From positions 21,176 to 85,175 of the forward strand of contig CAYMQB010000003.1 of assembly GCA_964392665.1 (NCBI GenBank): 64,000 nucleotides of DNA. The letters are read 5' to 3'. Under the pieces are notes generated by a model. The model was not told where the DNA came from and searched no databases. It worked only from the letters and a program-made list of their open reading frames with translations. The DNA comes from an uncultured bacterium (GTDB taxonomy: Bacteria; Hydrothermota; E44-bin80). Positions 17,578 to 25,056 of the stretch are shown piece after piece (the first letter of the stretch is position 1; each line of letters begins with the position of its first letter). The position numbers and the translations under genes were made by a program.

Positions 17578-18345
17578 TTAGCAGAACAGGGAAAGATATT
17601 TGGATATAAGGGGGTTACCCCAGAAATAGGATAAAATTGCAGCTACGGAAATGAATGGACCGAAGGGAATGACTGAATTCTTCCTTTTCTTTTTTACAAG
17701 TATAGCCAATCCCACTATGCTTCCCAAAAAACTTGCAACGATAAGGGTTAAGATTACATTCTTCCAACCAATGAATGCCCCCACCATCATAAAGAGCATT
17801 ACATCACCCATTCCCATTGCTTCTTTCTTAAAAATCCATTTACCTGCAATAGAAATGAATAGCAATATCAAACCACCAGCTACTATTCCTATTAGAGAAT
17901 CATACCAGTTAATATCGGGGACAAAAAAAGAAAAGACAAGACCTGAGATAATACCGAAAATGGTTATCTTATCACTTATTACCTGATGCTTGAGGTCGAT
18001 AACGAAAACAGGTAGGAGGAGATATAAAAATAGGAATGTTACAGGGAATTTAAGGCTAAAACCATAAAGGAAGAAGCTTAAAGCGAGGATAATGCCAGAT
18101 ATGAACTCTATCAGGGGATACTGAAATGATATTCTCTTTTTGCAGTATCTACATTTTCCTTTTAGTATTAAGAAACTCAAAATGGGGATGTTGTCATAGA
18201 ATGCGATTTTGTGGTTGCAGTGAAGGCAGTGTGATGAAGGAAAAATGACGGACTCGCCTTTTGGCAACCTGTAGATTATAACATTGAGAAAACTGCCAAT
18301 CATGAGACCAAAGAAAAAAAGGAACAGTAATAGTATTATGAACAT
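17578..18345 (-). CDS. pilD: prepilin peptidase (A24 family)
   Basis: N-terminal Cys-rich CxxC...CxxC region (SSHCLHCNHKI...CRYCKKRI). A polytopic membrane domain carries the catalytic Asp residues. 255 aa. Confidence 0.85.
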   Translation of the reverse strand: MFIILLLFLFFFGLMIGSFLNVIIYRLPKGESVIFPSSHCLHCNHKIAFYDNIPILSFLILKGKCRYCKKRISFQYPLIEFISGIILALSFFLYGFSLKFPVTFLFLYLLLPVFVIDLKHQVISDKITIFGIISGLVFSFFVPDINWYDSLIGIVAGGLILLFISIAGKWIFKKEAMGMGDVMLFMMVGAFIGWKNVILTLIVASFLGSIVGLAILVKKKRKNSVIPFGPFISVAAILSYFWGNPLISKYLSLFC

Positions 18346-18402
18346 AATTTATTTGTATTAAGTTGAGGAAACATAAATATTTTGTTAAGCCCGTTGTAAA
18401 TT

Positions 18403-18533
18403 GTCATTGCGAGTAAACATTCATTCTTGAGAGGATTATCGGAGCTTGTCCTGAGTATAAACGAAGGAAAGGAGGTGGGGGGGGGTGTGTAACCACTATG
18501 AGATTGCCACAGGACTTCGTCCTTCGCAATGAC
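18403..18533. repeat. MITE/REP-like element copy C (TIR GTCATTGCGAG / TTCGCAATGAC), containing a G9 homopolymer
   Basis: Shares its terminal inverted repeats and the 3' module (ATGAGATTGCCAC) with copy B at 55090..55246. G9 run at 18477..18485. Intergenic between the pilin gene and pilD. Confidence 0.6.
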
Positions 18534-18600
18534 AGATAAGATAAGCTGATGGCAGCAATAACAGGCTTTACTGAGTACTTGCGGAGGAACATAATTTTAT

Positions 18601-19143
18601 CTATTGACCAGATGATAAAATCATATTGATCGGGAAGTCCTTTCCGTAACCCGATATTTTGTACTTTGCTGCAGGAACATGACTACCGAGAGGGATTACA
18701 TTGCCATTTGCATCATAACCACAGTAATAAGAGCAGCCAGAAGGTGGAATAGCAGGGGGAGGATTATCTCCGATAGCGTCCACGGTCTTTCTGAAAGGGT
18801 TCATAAATCCCAAATGGGGGCAGATAAGTGCATTCTGGGGAAAAGGGGGAAAACGAGCACCAGCTGCAATTGAGGCGTCATTATTAGAAACATAGCCTTG
18901 GGCAGTAAGTACATCGCTTACCTTTGTATCTATGTCCCCCGCGTAGAATGATTCAGCCATTGTCGAGAAATCTTCCGCAATAACATTGATAGTGTGCATG
19001 TTCTCCTTCAGGGATGCTTCCCTTGCTCTATCACTCATACTGATGAAGTTTGGGATAGCTATTGCTGCTAAAACGCCTATTATGACAACGACAATCATCA
19101 ACTCAAGGAGTGTAAATCCCGGTTTGCTTTTTTCCCTATTCAT
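18601..19143 (-). CDS. type IV pilin (prepilin-type N-terminal cleavage/methylation domain)
   Basis: KPGFTLLELMIVVVIIGVLAAIAIPNF class III signal: a G|FTLLE cleavage site followed by a hydrophobic alpha1 helix. A C-terminal Cys pair suggests a D-region disulfide. Confidence 0.75.
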   Translation of the reverse strand: MNREKSKPGFTLLELMIVVVIIGVLAAIAIPNFISMSDRAREASLKENMHTINVIAEDFSTMAESFYAGDIDTKVSDVLTAQGYVSNNDASIAAGARFPPFPQNALICPHLGFMNPFRKTVDAIGDNPPPAIPPSGCSYYCGYDANGNVIPLGSHVPAAKYKISGYGKDFPINMILSSGQ

Positions 19144-20036
19144 TTTACCGTCCCCTGTTCACTTTTTGATTCCATCATTCTCTTAAGAATTGGTGACTGT
19201 ACTTTATCAAGATAAGTGCACCAGATGCGGTCCCTTTGTGTGTCAATGTAAAAATATTCGTCTTTCCAGGGAGGTTTTGGTTTTTTCCTGAGAAAACTGC
19301 TGTTAATCATTTCCTGCATAGATTTAGGGAACTCTCCTTTCTTTTGCATATATTCGTTAAGAGCAACCTGTAGTGAATCCATTTGAATGAGCATTGTTAT
19401 TTCGTTTAAATATCTAAATGCGGTTTCTTTTTCAACTGGATTGTTAGAAAGGCGATACAGCTCTTTCCAAAGGTTTAATGCCTTAAGCTTGGCTCCCAAT
19501 TTCTGAAATGTGAACCCTGCAAATCGCCTAGACATATCAGGTGCCCCAGGTTTTTTAGAGGAACGTAGAAAAAATAGAACGGATATCTTGTCGTTATTTC
19601 TAAAAAAGTAGTATATGAAAGCCCTAACAAATGGGATTTCCCAACTTTCAGGGTTGTAAAACTCTCCTTTATGGAGAAGTTTGTCGGTGTTTTCTGATTC
19701 TCCTGCCGAACTTTCCAAAAGGAAACCTCCGAATGTATAGCTATGTATGAATTTCTTATCCAGTGTTGTCAGGATATCAAGAATATGATAAAGATACTTG
19801 AACTTACGGTCAGTCATTTGATGTTCACCGAAATATTGAACTGCACGCAACCAGATAATATCCGCAAACAACTCATTGTAACCAATGGAAGCCTGCTCGA
19901 CAAATTTTCCTGACGGAAAATATAGAAGTTCTTTCAGCAGAGAATATTGCTCCTTATTTTCGTCTATTCGATTTTGGATGAAAAAAATGACAAGGAATCC
20001 AAAAATAATCAATGTGGGGAAAAGCCATTTTCGCAT
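19140..20036 (-). CDS. hypothetical membrane-anchored protein co-transcribed with the pilin and ABC genes (possible PilG-like accessory)
   Basis: N-terminal TM (LFPTLIIFGFLVIFFI) with a soluble domain of no recognisable family. Its stop overlaps the pilin start (ATGA) and its start abuts the permease stop. Confidence 0.4.
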   Translation of the reverse strand: MRKWLFPTLIIFGFLVIFFIQNRIDENKEQYSLLKELLYFPSGKFVEQASIGYNELFADIIWLRAVQYFGEHQMTDRKFKYLYHILDILTTLDKKFIHSYTFGGFLLESSAGESENTDKLLHKGEFYNPESWEIPFVRAFIYYFFRNNDKISVLFFLRSSKKPGAPDMSRRFAGFTFQKLGAKLKALNLWKELYRLSNNPVEKETAFRYLNEITMLIQMDSLQVALNEYMQKKGEFPKSMQEMINSSFLRKKPKPPWKDEYFYIDTQRDRIWCTYLDKVQSPILKRMMESKSEQGTVK

Positions 20037-20818
20037 TATAAATCCTTTCGACGGAAAATCTCGGATGATGACACCAATAGAATTATTGTGTAAATAAATG
20101 CATAAGCAATTGTAAAAAGAATATGGTTGTGCGACACCAATTCAGAATGAACAACCATGCCTCTAACATTAAAATTGCTCAGGTTTGGAATAACATAATA
20201 GACCAGTTGAAGGGAAAAATGAGCAAAAGGGTTTGCAGTTTTACTTGCAAGCAGTTGGATGTCAGGTGCTAAACGACCTACGACGAAGAGAAGAAATGTG
20301 AATAAGGAGGAAAATATTGGAGATGTAAAAGTGGAAAAAAAGATACAGAATGCTGTTATTATGACTATCTCGAGATAGGAGAGAAAAACCGAAATAAGAA
20401 TAGAAGCAGGATGGAGTCCTGTAAGCACGAAAAGTATCACATAAAACCAAACGACGAGAATAAAGATAACGGTTGTAAAGGTTAACAGGAGACCGAGGAA
20501 TTTGCCAATAATGAAGGTTTCTCTTCGCACGGGTTTGGAGATGATGAAATAGATGGTTTTTCTTTCCAGCTCATTAAAGACCGATTGAGAGCCTATAAGA
20601 ATGGCAAGAAGTATGCCAAAAATGGAAATGCTTCCCAGTCCAAAATCCATAATGATTTTGGATTCTTCCCCTAAGGAAAGAGGAACAAGTACTCCACTTG
20701 CAGCCAGAAGAAGTAAAGAAAAGCCGATAACAATCAACAATAGTTTTTTTCTTACAGCTTCTTTGAACGTATTGAGAATGATGGTTCTAAGTTTCATTTT
20801 TTTCAATCTCACTGACAA
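20036..20818 (-). CDS. ABC-2 type transporter permease
   Basis: Six predicted TM segments. ABC-2 family architecture, translationally coupled to the upstream ATPase gene. Confidence 0.7.
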   Translation of the reverse strand: MSVRLKKMKLRTIILNTFKEAVRKKLLLIVIGFSLLLLAASGVLVPLSLGEESKIIMDFGLGSISIFGILLAILIGSQSVFNELERKTIYFIISKPVRRETFIIGKFLGLLLTFTTVIFILVVWFYVILFVLTGLHPASILISVFLSYLEIVIITAFCIFFSTFTSPIFSSLFTFLLFVVGRLAPDIQLLASKTANPFAHFSLQLVYYVIPNLSNFNVRGMVVHSELVSHNHILFTIAYAFIYTIILLVSSSEIFRRKDL

Positions 20819-21701
20819 AAAAATCTTCGAGAGAAACTGTTTCGGGAATTATTGATATGATGTGAGCTCCATCTTTTAGCAGGGATGCTACTACTTTTTG
20901 CAATTTTTCACCGTTGACCGTAATGTTCCAGTAACCCTCAGCCGTGAGTTTTGCATCAGGAAGAGAAGGAGTTTTTCTGTGTTCGGAGGGCTTAAATGAA
21001 AGGCTTATGCTCCTTTGTCTTTCGGAAAGAAGGATGTTTAATTCTCCGATTCGTAGCAACTTACCTTTGTGCAATATACCAACCCTGTCACATATTCTCT
21101 CTACATCTGCAAGTATGTGTGTAGAGAAGAACACGGTTTTACCTTCTTCCTTAAGCGAAAGTATGATTTCCTTAAATTCCTTTCTTCCTATTGGGTCAAG
21201 ACCTGAAAGCGGTTCATCGAGTATCAATAATTCGGGATTGTTTACAAGAGCCTGTGCAATACCGAGTCTTTGAATCATTCCTTTGGAATAATCGGATATC
21301 CTGATATTTCCTGATTCTCCCAATCCCACTTTTTGAAGTAAGGCATTTATTCTCTTCGTTTTTTTTTCTGCAGGCATTCCGAAAAGTGCGGAAGCAAAAT
21401 CCAGAAGCTCAAAACCTGAAAGATGATTATAGAAAGACGGGTTTTCAGACAGGAAACCCATGCTCTGTTTTGCCGAGAAAGAATGCATTGTCTGTCCCAG
21501 AATCCATATCTGTCCGGATGTGGGATATAGCAGACCTGCGAGCATTTTTAACAGTGTTGTTTTGCCTGCACCGTTTGGACCCAGAAATCCAAAGATTTCG
21601 CCTTGCTCTACACTCATGGTGACATTGTCAATTGCCTTTGTGCTATTGCCAAAGAATTTTGGATAAATTTTTGTCAATTTCTCTATTTTGATTGGTCTCA
21701 T
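20787..21701 (-). CDS. ABC transporter ATP-binding protein
   Basis: Walker A GPNGAGKTT, signature YSKGMIQRL, Walker B LILDEP. The C-terminal ~80 aa form an extra domain. Confidence 0.85.
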   Translation of the reverse strand: MRPIKIEKLTKIYPKFFGNSTKAIDNVTMSVEQGEIFGFLGPNGAGKTTLLKMLAGLLYPTSGQIWILGQTMHSFSAKQSMGFLSENPSFYNHLSGFELLDFASALFGMPAEKKTKRINALLQKVGLGESGNIRISDYSKGMIQRLGIAQALVNNPELLILDEPLSGLDPIGRKEFKEIILSLKEEGKTVFFSTHILADVERICDRVGILHKGKLLRIGELNILLSERQRSISLSFKPSEHRKTPSLPDAKLTAEGYWNITVNGEKLQKVVASLLKDGAHIISIIPETVSLEDFFVSEIEKNET

Positions 21702-21712
21702 AATTTACGAGC

Positions 21713-21746
21713 AAAAAAAAGGCAGCAGATTAAGGAACCTGCTGCC
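21713..21746 (-). terminator. intrinsic terminator after pilin gene 2, only 11 nt upstream of the ABC ATPase start codon
   Basis: On the minus strand: GGCAGCAGG-loop-CTGCTGCC stem followed by T8 (forward A8 at 21713..21720). GC-rich 8-bp stem. Confidence 0.6.
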
Positions 21747-21780
21747 TTTACCTTTTCTATTAATCGAGCATAAGCTTATT

Positions 21781-22356
21781 CTAATTTCCTGACCGTAAAT
21801 CAAGCGTTAACATATCCTTGTAGCCATCACCGTAAATAACATAACCTATCATTGCAACGGAACCTGCGGTTCCCATTGGACCCCAGTAAACTGTTCCCTG
21901 TCCGTCTGCACCAGCAGCAGGGTTAGCAACATGTGCAGGTTTTAATGGTCCTGGTGATACAACCGCGCCGAGTTCATCAAGACAGTTAGCGGTTGGCCAG
22001 AACGGGTTGCCGTATGTAGTGTTTCCAGGTAGAAGAGCATCTGCCGTGGTTGAAACATTCGCCCTCGTTCCAGGGCAGACATCAGCTATCAGAGCCGGAT
22101 TGGTAGATGCAATACCTATAGCAGTAAGAACAGCTCCGACTGTGGTCGTCCCTGTTTCCGGGTAGCTTCCTTCTGCCTGTGTTGAGAAATCCTCTGCGGT
22201 AAGCTGCAAAGTATGCATATTTGCCTTTGTTGACGCTTCCTTTGCCCTCTGTCTCATCGACATAAAGTTAGGGATAGCGATAGCTGCCAGGATACCTATG
22301 ATTACCACAACGATCATCAGTTCGATCAATGTAAATCCTTTTTTCATTTTTTTCAC
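21781..22356 (-). CDS. type IV pilin paralog (prepilin-type N-terminal cleavage/methylation domain)
   Basis: KKGFTLIELMIVVVIIGILAAIAIPNF. The N-terminal 60 aa are nearly identical to the pilin at 18601..19143. C-terminal Cys pair. Strong SD (AAGGAGG). Confidence 0.75.
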   Translation of the reverse strand: MKKMKKGFTLIELMIVVVIIGILAAIAIPNFMSMRQRAKEASTKANMHTLQLTAEDFSTQAEGSYPETGTTTVGAVLTAIGIASTNPALIADVCPGTRANVSTTADALLPGNTTYGNPFWPTANCLDELGAVVSPGPLKPAHVANPAAGADGQGTVYWGPMGTAGSVAMIGYVIYGDGYKDMLTLDLRSGN

Positions 22357-22395
22357 CTCCTTCTCTTTTTATTTTTCATTCTACTACTATTGTAG

Positions 22396-22411
22396 TGCAT
22401 AAACTATGCCA
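22396..22411 (-). promoter_or_regulatory. candidate sigma-54 (-24/-12) promoter for pilin gene 2
   Basis: The minus strand reads TGGCATAGTTTATGCA, i.e. GG-N10-GC with 5/6 matches to TGGCAC and 4/5 to TTGCA. About 55 nt upstream of the pilin ATG. rpoN is encoded in this window. Confidence 0.45.
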
Positions 22412-22480
22412 GAGATGCGGAATTTTTAAGTACATATAAATAAGTATTTACTTACTTTTTCGCGACAACCACCTTGCATA

Positions 22481-22503
22481 ATTACTTCGCACTTTGCGAA
22501 GTA
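22481..22503. promoter_or_regulatory. perfect 10-3-10 palindrome TTACTTCGCA-CTT-TGCGAAGTAA, candidate enhancer-binding-protein site upstream of the sigma-54 pilin promoter
   Basis: Perfect inverted repeat about 70-105 bp upstream of the -24 element. A second short palindrome TCGCACAATGCGA lies at 22505..22517. Confidence 0.3.
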
Positions 22504-22587
22504 ATTCGCACAATGCGAGAATACATCGCTTACTGTGTAATTTTATACCAGTTTTTGTGGTTTCTGTCAAGAAGTTTTTTTGTATTT

Positions 22588-22781
22588 GTCATTCCGAACC
22601 TTGTGCTGAATTAATTTCAGTATTATTTCGGAATCTAAAAAAACCGGGATGTTGAAATGATCCTGAAATAAATTCAGGATGACATTATTCAGCAATAATC
22701 GTTAATCGCATGATTTTTGTGCGACATCTTCAAGAATGAGATTCTTCCTGAGTTAAAAACTATTGCTTTACTCAGAATGAC
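22588..22781. repeat. MITE/REP-like element copy D (variant TIR GTCATTCCGAA / CTCAGAATGAC)
   Basis: Its terminal inverted repeats are related to the GTCATTGCGAG family. Internal nested palindromes (CCTGAAATAAATTCAGG). Sits in the 485-bp intergenic region between pilin gene 2 and the GT9 gene. Confidence 0.45.
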
Positions 22782-22841
22782 AATGAGTTTGACGAAGGTT
22801 TTTTCCCTTGACTTCCAGTAGATTGTATAATAAATTTAGTT

Positions 22842-23843
22842 ATGAAGTTCCTCATTGTAAGAACGGACAGGATTGGTGATGTCGTTCTTGCACTCCCTAT
22901 TGCGCAGGTTTTGAAGGAGCGGTTTCCAAATTGCAGGATAGAGTTTATGGTTAGCGATACCAGTGCAAACCTAATTTATGATCAACCTTATGTAGATGGG
23001 GTTATTATATATAGCGGTAACGGTATTAAAGAAACTTCAAAGATGCTCAGGGGAAAGCAGTTCGATATTGCCGTTCTTGTTCATCCCACATTTTCCATTT
23101 CTGTTTCCATTTTTATTGCGCATATTCCCGAGAGGGTTGGTACGGGCTACAGGTGGTACAGCTTGCTTTTTAACAAACGTATCTACGAACACAGACGAGG
23201 AAGTGAAAAACACGAAGTTGAATACAATCTTGGGCTGCTAAAAGCAATTGGTGTTAATAGAACATCAAAGAAGCCAGAGCTATTCGTAAAAGAGACAGAG
23301 AAGAGGAAGGCGGTTGATTTTCTTAAATCTTATGGAATAGATATAGACAGTTTCATAGTAGTTCATCCTGGTTCGGGTGGTTCGACCTTGAGTTTTCCTG
23401 AGAAGAATTTTAAGCAACTTATAAAACTCATCAGGGAGCGATTGGGATATGATATCGTTGTCACAGGTGGAAAGATGGAAAAAAAGAAAGCAGAAAGGAT
23501 TATGGAAGGTTGTGACTCGCGAGTAATAAGTATTGTTGGGGAAACGGATTTAAGAGAACTGGCAGCAATTATTTCTCTTGCTCGGATGTTCGTAAGTGTT
23601 GGTACGGGTCCTATGCATATCGCATCAGCTGTAAACACAAGGATTATTGCATTCTTTCCTCCTTCATGCGTGACCAGAAAAACGAGATGGGCTCCGTTTT
23701 CGAGTGCCCTCATATTCGAACCTCCTGTGCCTTACTGCAGCAGGTGTATTGGCGAAAAATGTAAATACTATAACTGTCTTTCCTTAATTTCACCGGAAGA
23801 AGTAGTGGAGAGAATAAAGGACTGGAAAGCAGAAGAGAGATGA
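22842..23843 (+). CDS. glycosyltransferase family 9 (LPS heptosyltransferase-like)
   Basis: MKFLIVRTDRIGDVVLALP is the GT9 N-terminal motif. Also VHPGSGGS and a C-terminal GTGPMHIASA Rossmann-like region. Confidence 0.8.
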   Translation: MKFLIVRTDRIGDVVLALPIAQVLKERFPNCRIEFMVSDTSANLIYDQPYVDGVIIYSGNGIKETSKMLRGKQFDIAVLVHPTFSISVSIFIAHIPERVGTGYRWYSLLFNKRIYEHRRGSEKHEVEYNLGLLKAIGVNRTSKKPELFVKETEKRKAVDFLKSYGIDIDSFIVVHPGSGGSTLSFPEKNFKQLIKLIRERLGYDIVVTGGKMEKKKAERIMEGCDSRVISIVGETDLRELAAIISLARMFVSVGTGPMHIASAVNTRIIAFFPPSCVTRKTRWAPFSSALIFEPPVPYCSRCIGEKCKYYNCLSLISPEEVVERIKDWKAEER

Positions 23844-23983
23844 GAGAAGAGAGAAACGGGGAGACGGAGTATCGGTGAAACGGTGAAACACAGCAGACAG
23901 AAGACCTGACAACTAACATCTGAAAGAGGAAATTGCAAAAATAACAAAACAATAGAAAACAGAAAAAAGGAGGTAGGGCAAGA

Positions 23984-24667
23984 ATGAAAAAATACCTTTT
24001 CCTTGTATTGCTTTTTTCCTCGGTTATTCTATCTGCTTCACCGAGAATAATATTCGAAAATAAAAAGTTTGATTTTGGGAAAATTCTTGAAGGAGATTCA
24101 GCGGTGTGTCTGTTTCATTTCAGGAATATGGGTGACAGCATACTGCACATAAAAGACATTAGACCTACTTGCGGATGCACAATAGTCGAATCAGTGAAAA
24201 GGACCTATAAACCACATGAAAAGGGGATAATAAAAGCGACATTCCATTCCAGCGGTAGAAGGGGAGAGATAAAGAAGTTCATTCGTGTGTTAACGAATGA
24301 TTCGGAAAGGAGAATTGTAAGGTTGGAAATTACCGGGAGCGTCACAAAGACCTGGAGCTTGGAACCGGGAAAGGTTGATTTTCGAGAGATAAAACGAGAT
24401 GGTATAGTAGAGGAAAGTGTCCTAATAAGCACTGAACTGCTGGATACAATAAGTGTTGATTCGGTCAAGGCAGAACCATGCGAGTTGAGTGCAAGGGTTG
24501 TATCCCAAAAAGGGAATAAGGTTAAACTGAAAATCTCATACGACAGCTCTTCTCTAAAATGGAAGTTTATTGGAATTGTGAGATTCTACTCGAATATACC
24601 ACATGGATATAAAATAATAATACCGGTATATGCAACGATAAAACAGGAAAAACCAGAAGAAAATTGA
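23984..24667 (+). CDS. DUF1573 domain secreted protein
   Basis: Signal peptide, then DIRPTCGCTIVES, the conserved CGCT motif of the DUF1573 family. Confidence 0.65.
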   Translation: MKKYLFLVLLFSSVILSASPRIIFENKKFDFGKILEGDSAVCLFHFRNMGDSILHIKDIRPTCGCTIVESVKRTYKPHEKGIIKATFHSSGRRGEIKKFIRVLTNDSERRIVRLEITGSVTKTWSLEPGKVDFREIKRDGIVEESVLISTELLDTISVDSVKAEPCELSARVVSQKGNKVKLKISYDSSSLKWKFIGIVRFYSNIPHGYKIIIPVYATIKQEKPEEN

Positions 24668-24714
24668 TAAACATGAAATTACGAAATTGGAAGTTGTGAA
24701 ATTAACAGCCCAGG

Positions 24715-25056
24715 ATGGTTGATTCATACCGGTTTGGTAAGATTGTAATCAACGGTAAAACTTATAGGATGGATTGTATTGTTACACACAATACTGTCAT
24801 AACTGAGTGGTGGAGAAAAAAAGGTCATGAGCTATCCGTTGAGGACATCAGAGAGGTAATCGAAAAGGAAAGACCCGAGTTTGTCGTTGTTGGAAAAGGG
24901 AAATACGGTCTTATGAAAATTCTGAAGGAGACGGATGACTTCCTAAACGAACTTGGAATCAAAATGCGTTCTGGAAAAACGGATGAAGCAGCAAGAGTTT
25001 ACAATGAAATTTGTACCAAGAAAAGGACAGTCGGTTTCTTTCATCTCACTTGTTAG
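24715..25056 (+). CDS. Mth938-like (DUF498) domain protein
   Basis: 113 aa. GKIVINGKTYRMDCIVTHNTV...EFVVVGKGKYG pattern typical of the MTH938/NDUFAF3-like fold. Weak call. Confidence 0.45.
   Translation: MVDSYRFGKIVINGKTYRMDCIVTHNTVITEWWRKKGHELSVEDIREVIEKERPEFVVVGKGKYGLMKILKETDDFLNELGIKMRSGKTDEAARVYNEICTKKRTVGFFHLTC

Noticed and set aside
23844-23983. Tandem GGTGAAAC GGTGAAAC and purine-rich stretch after the GT9 gene
   Set aside because: Only two copies in low-complexity purine-rich sequence. Most simply the leader/SD region of the DUF1573 gene.
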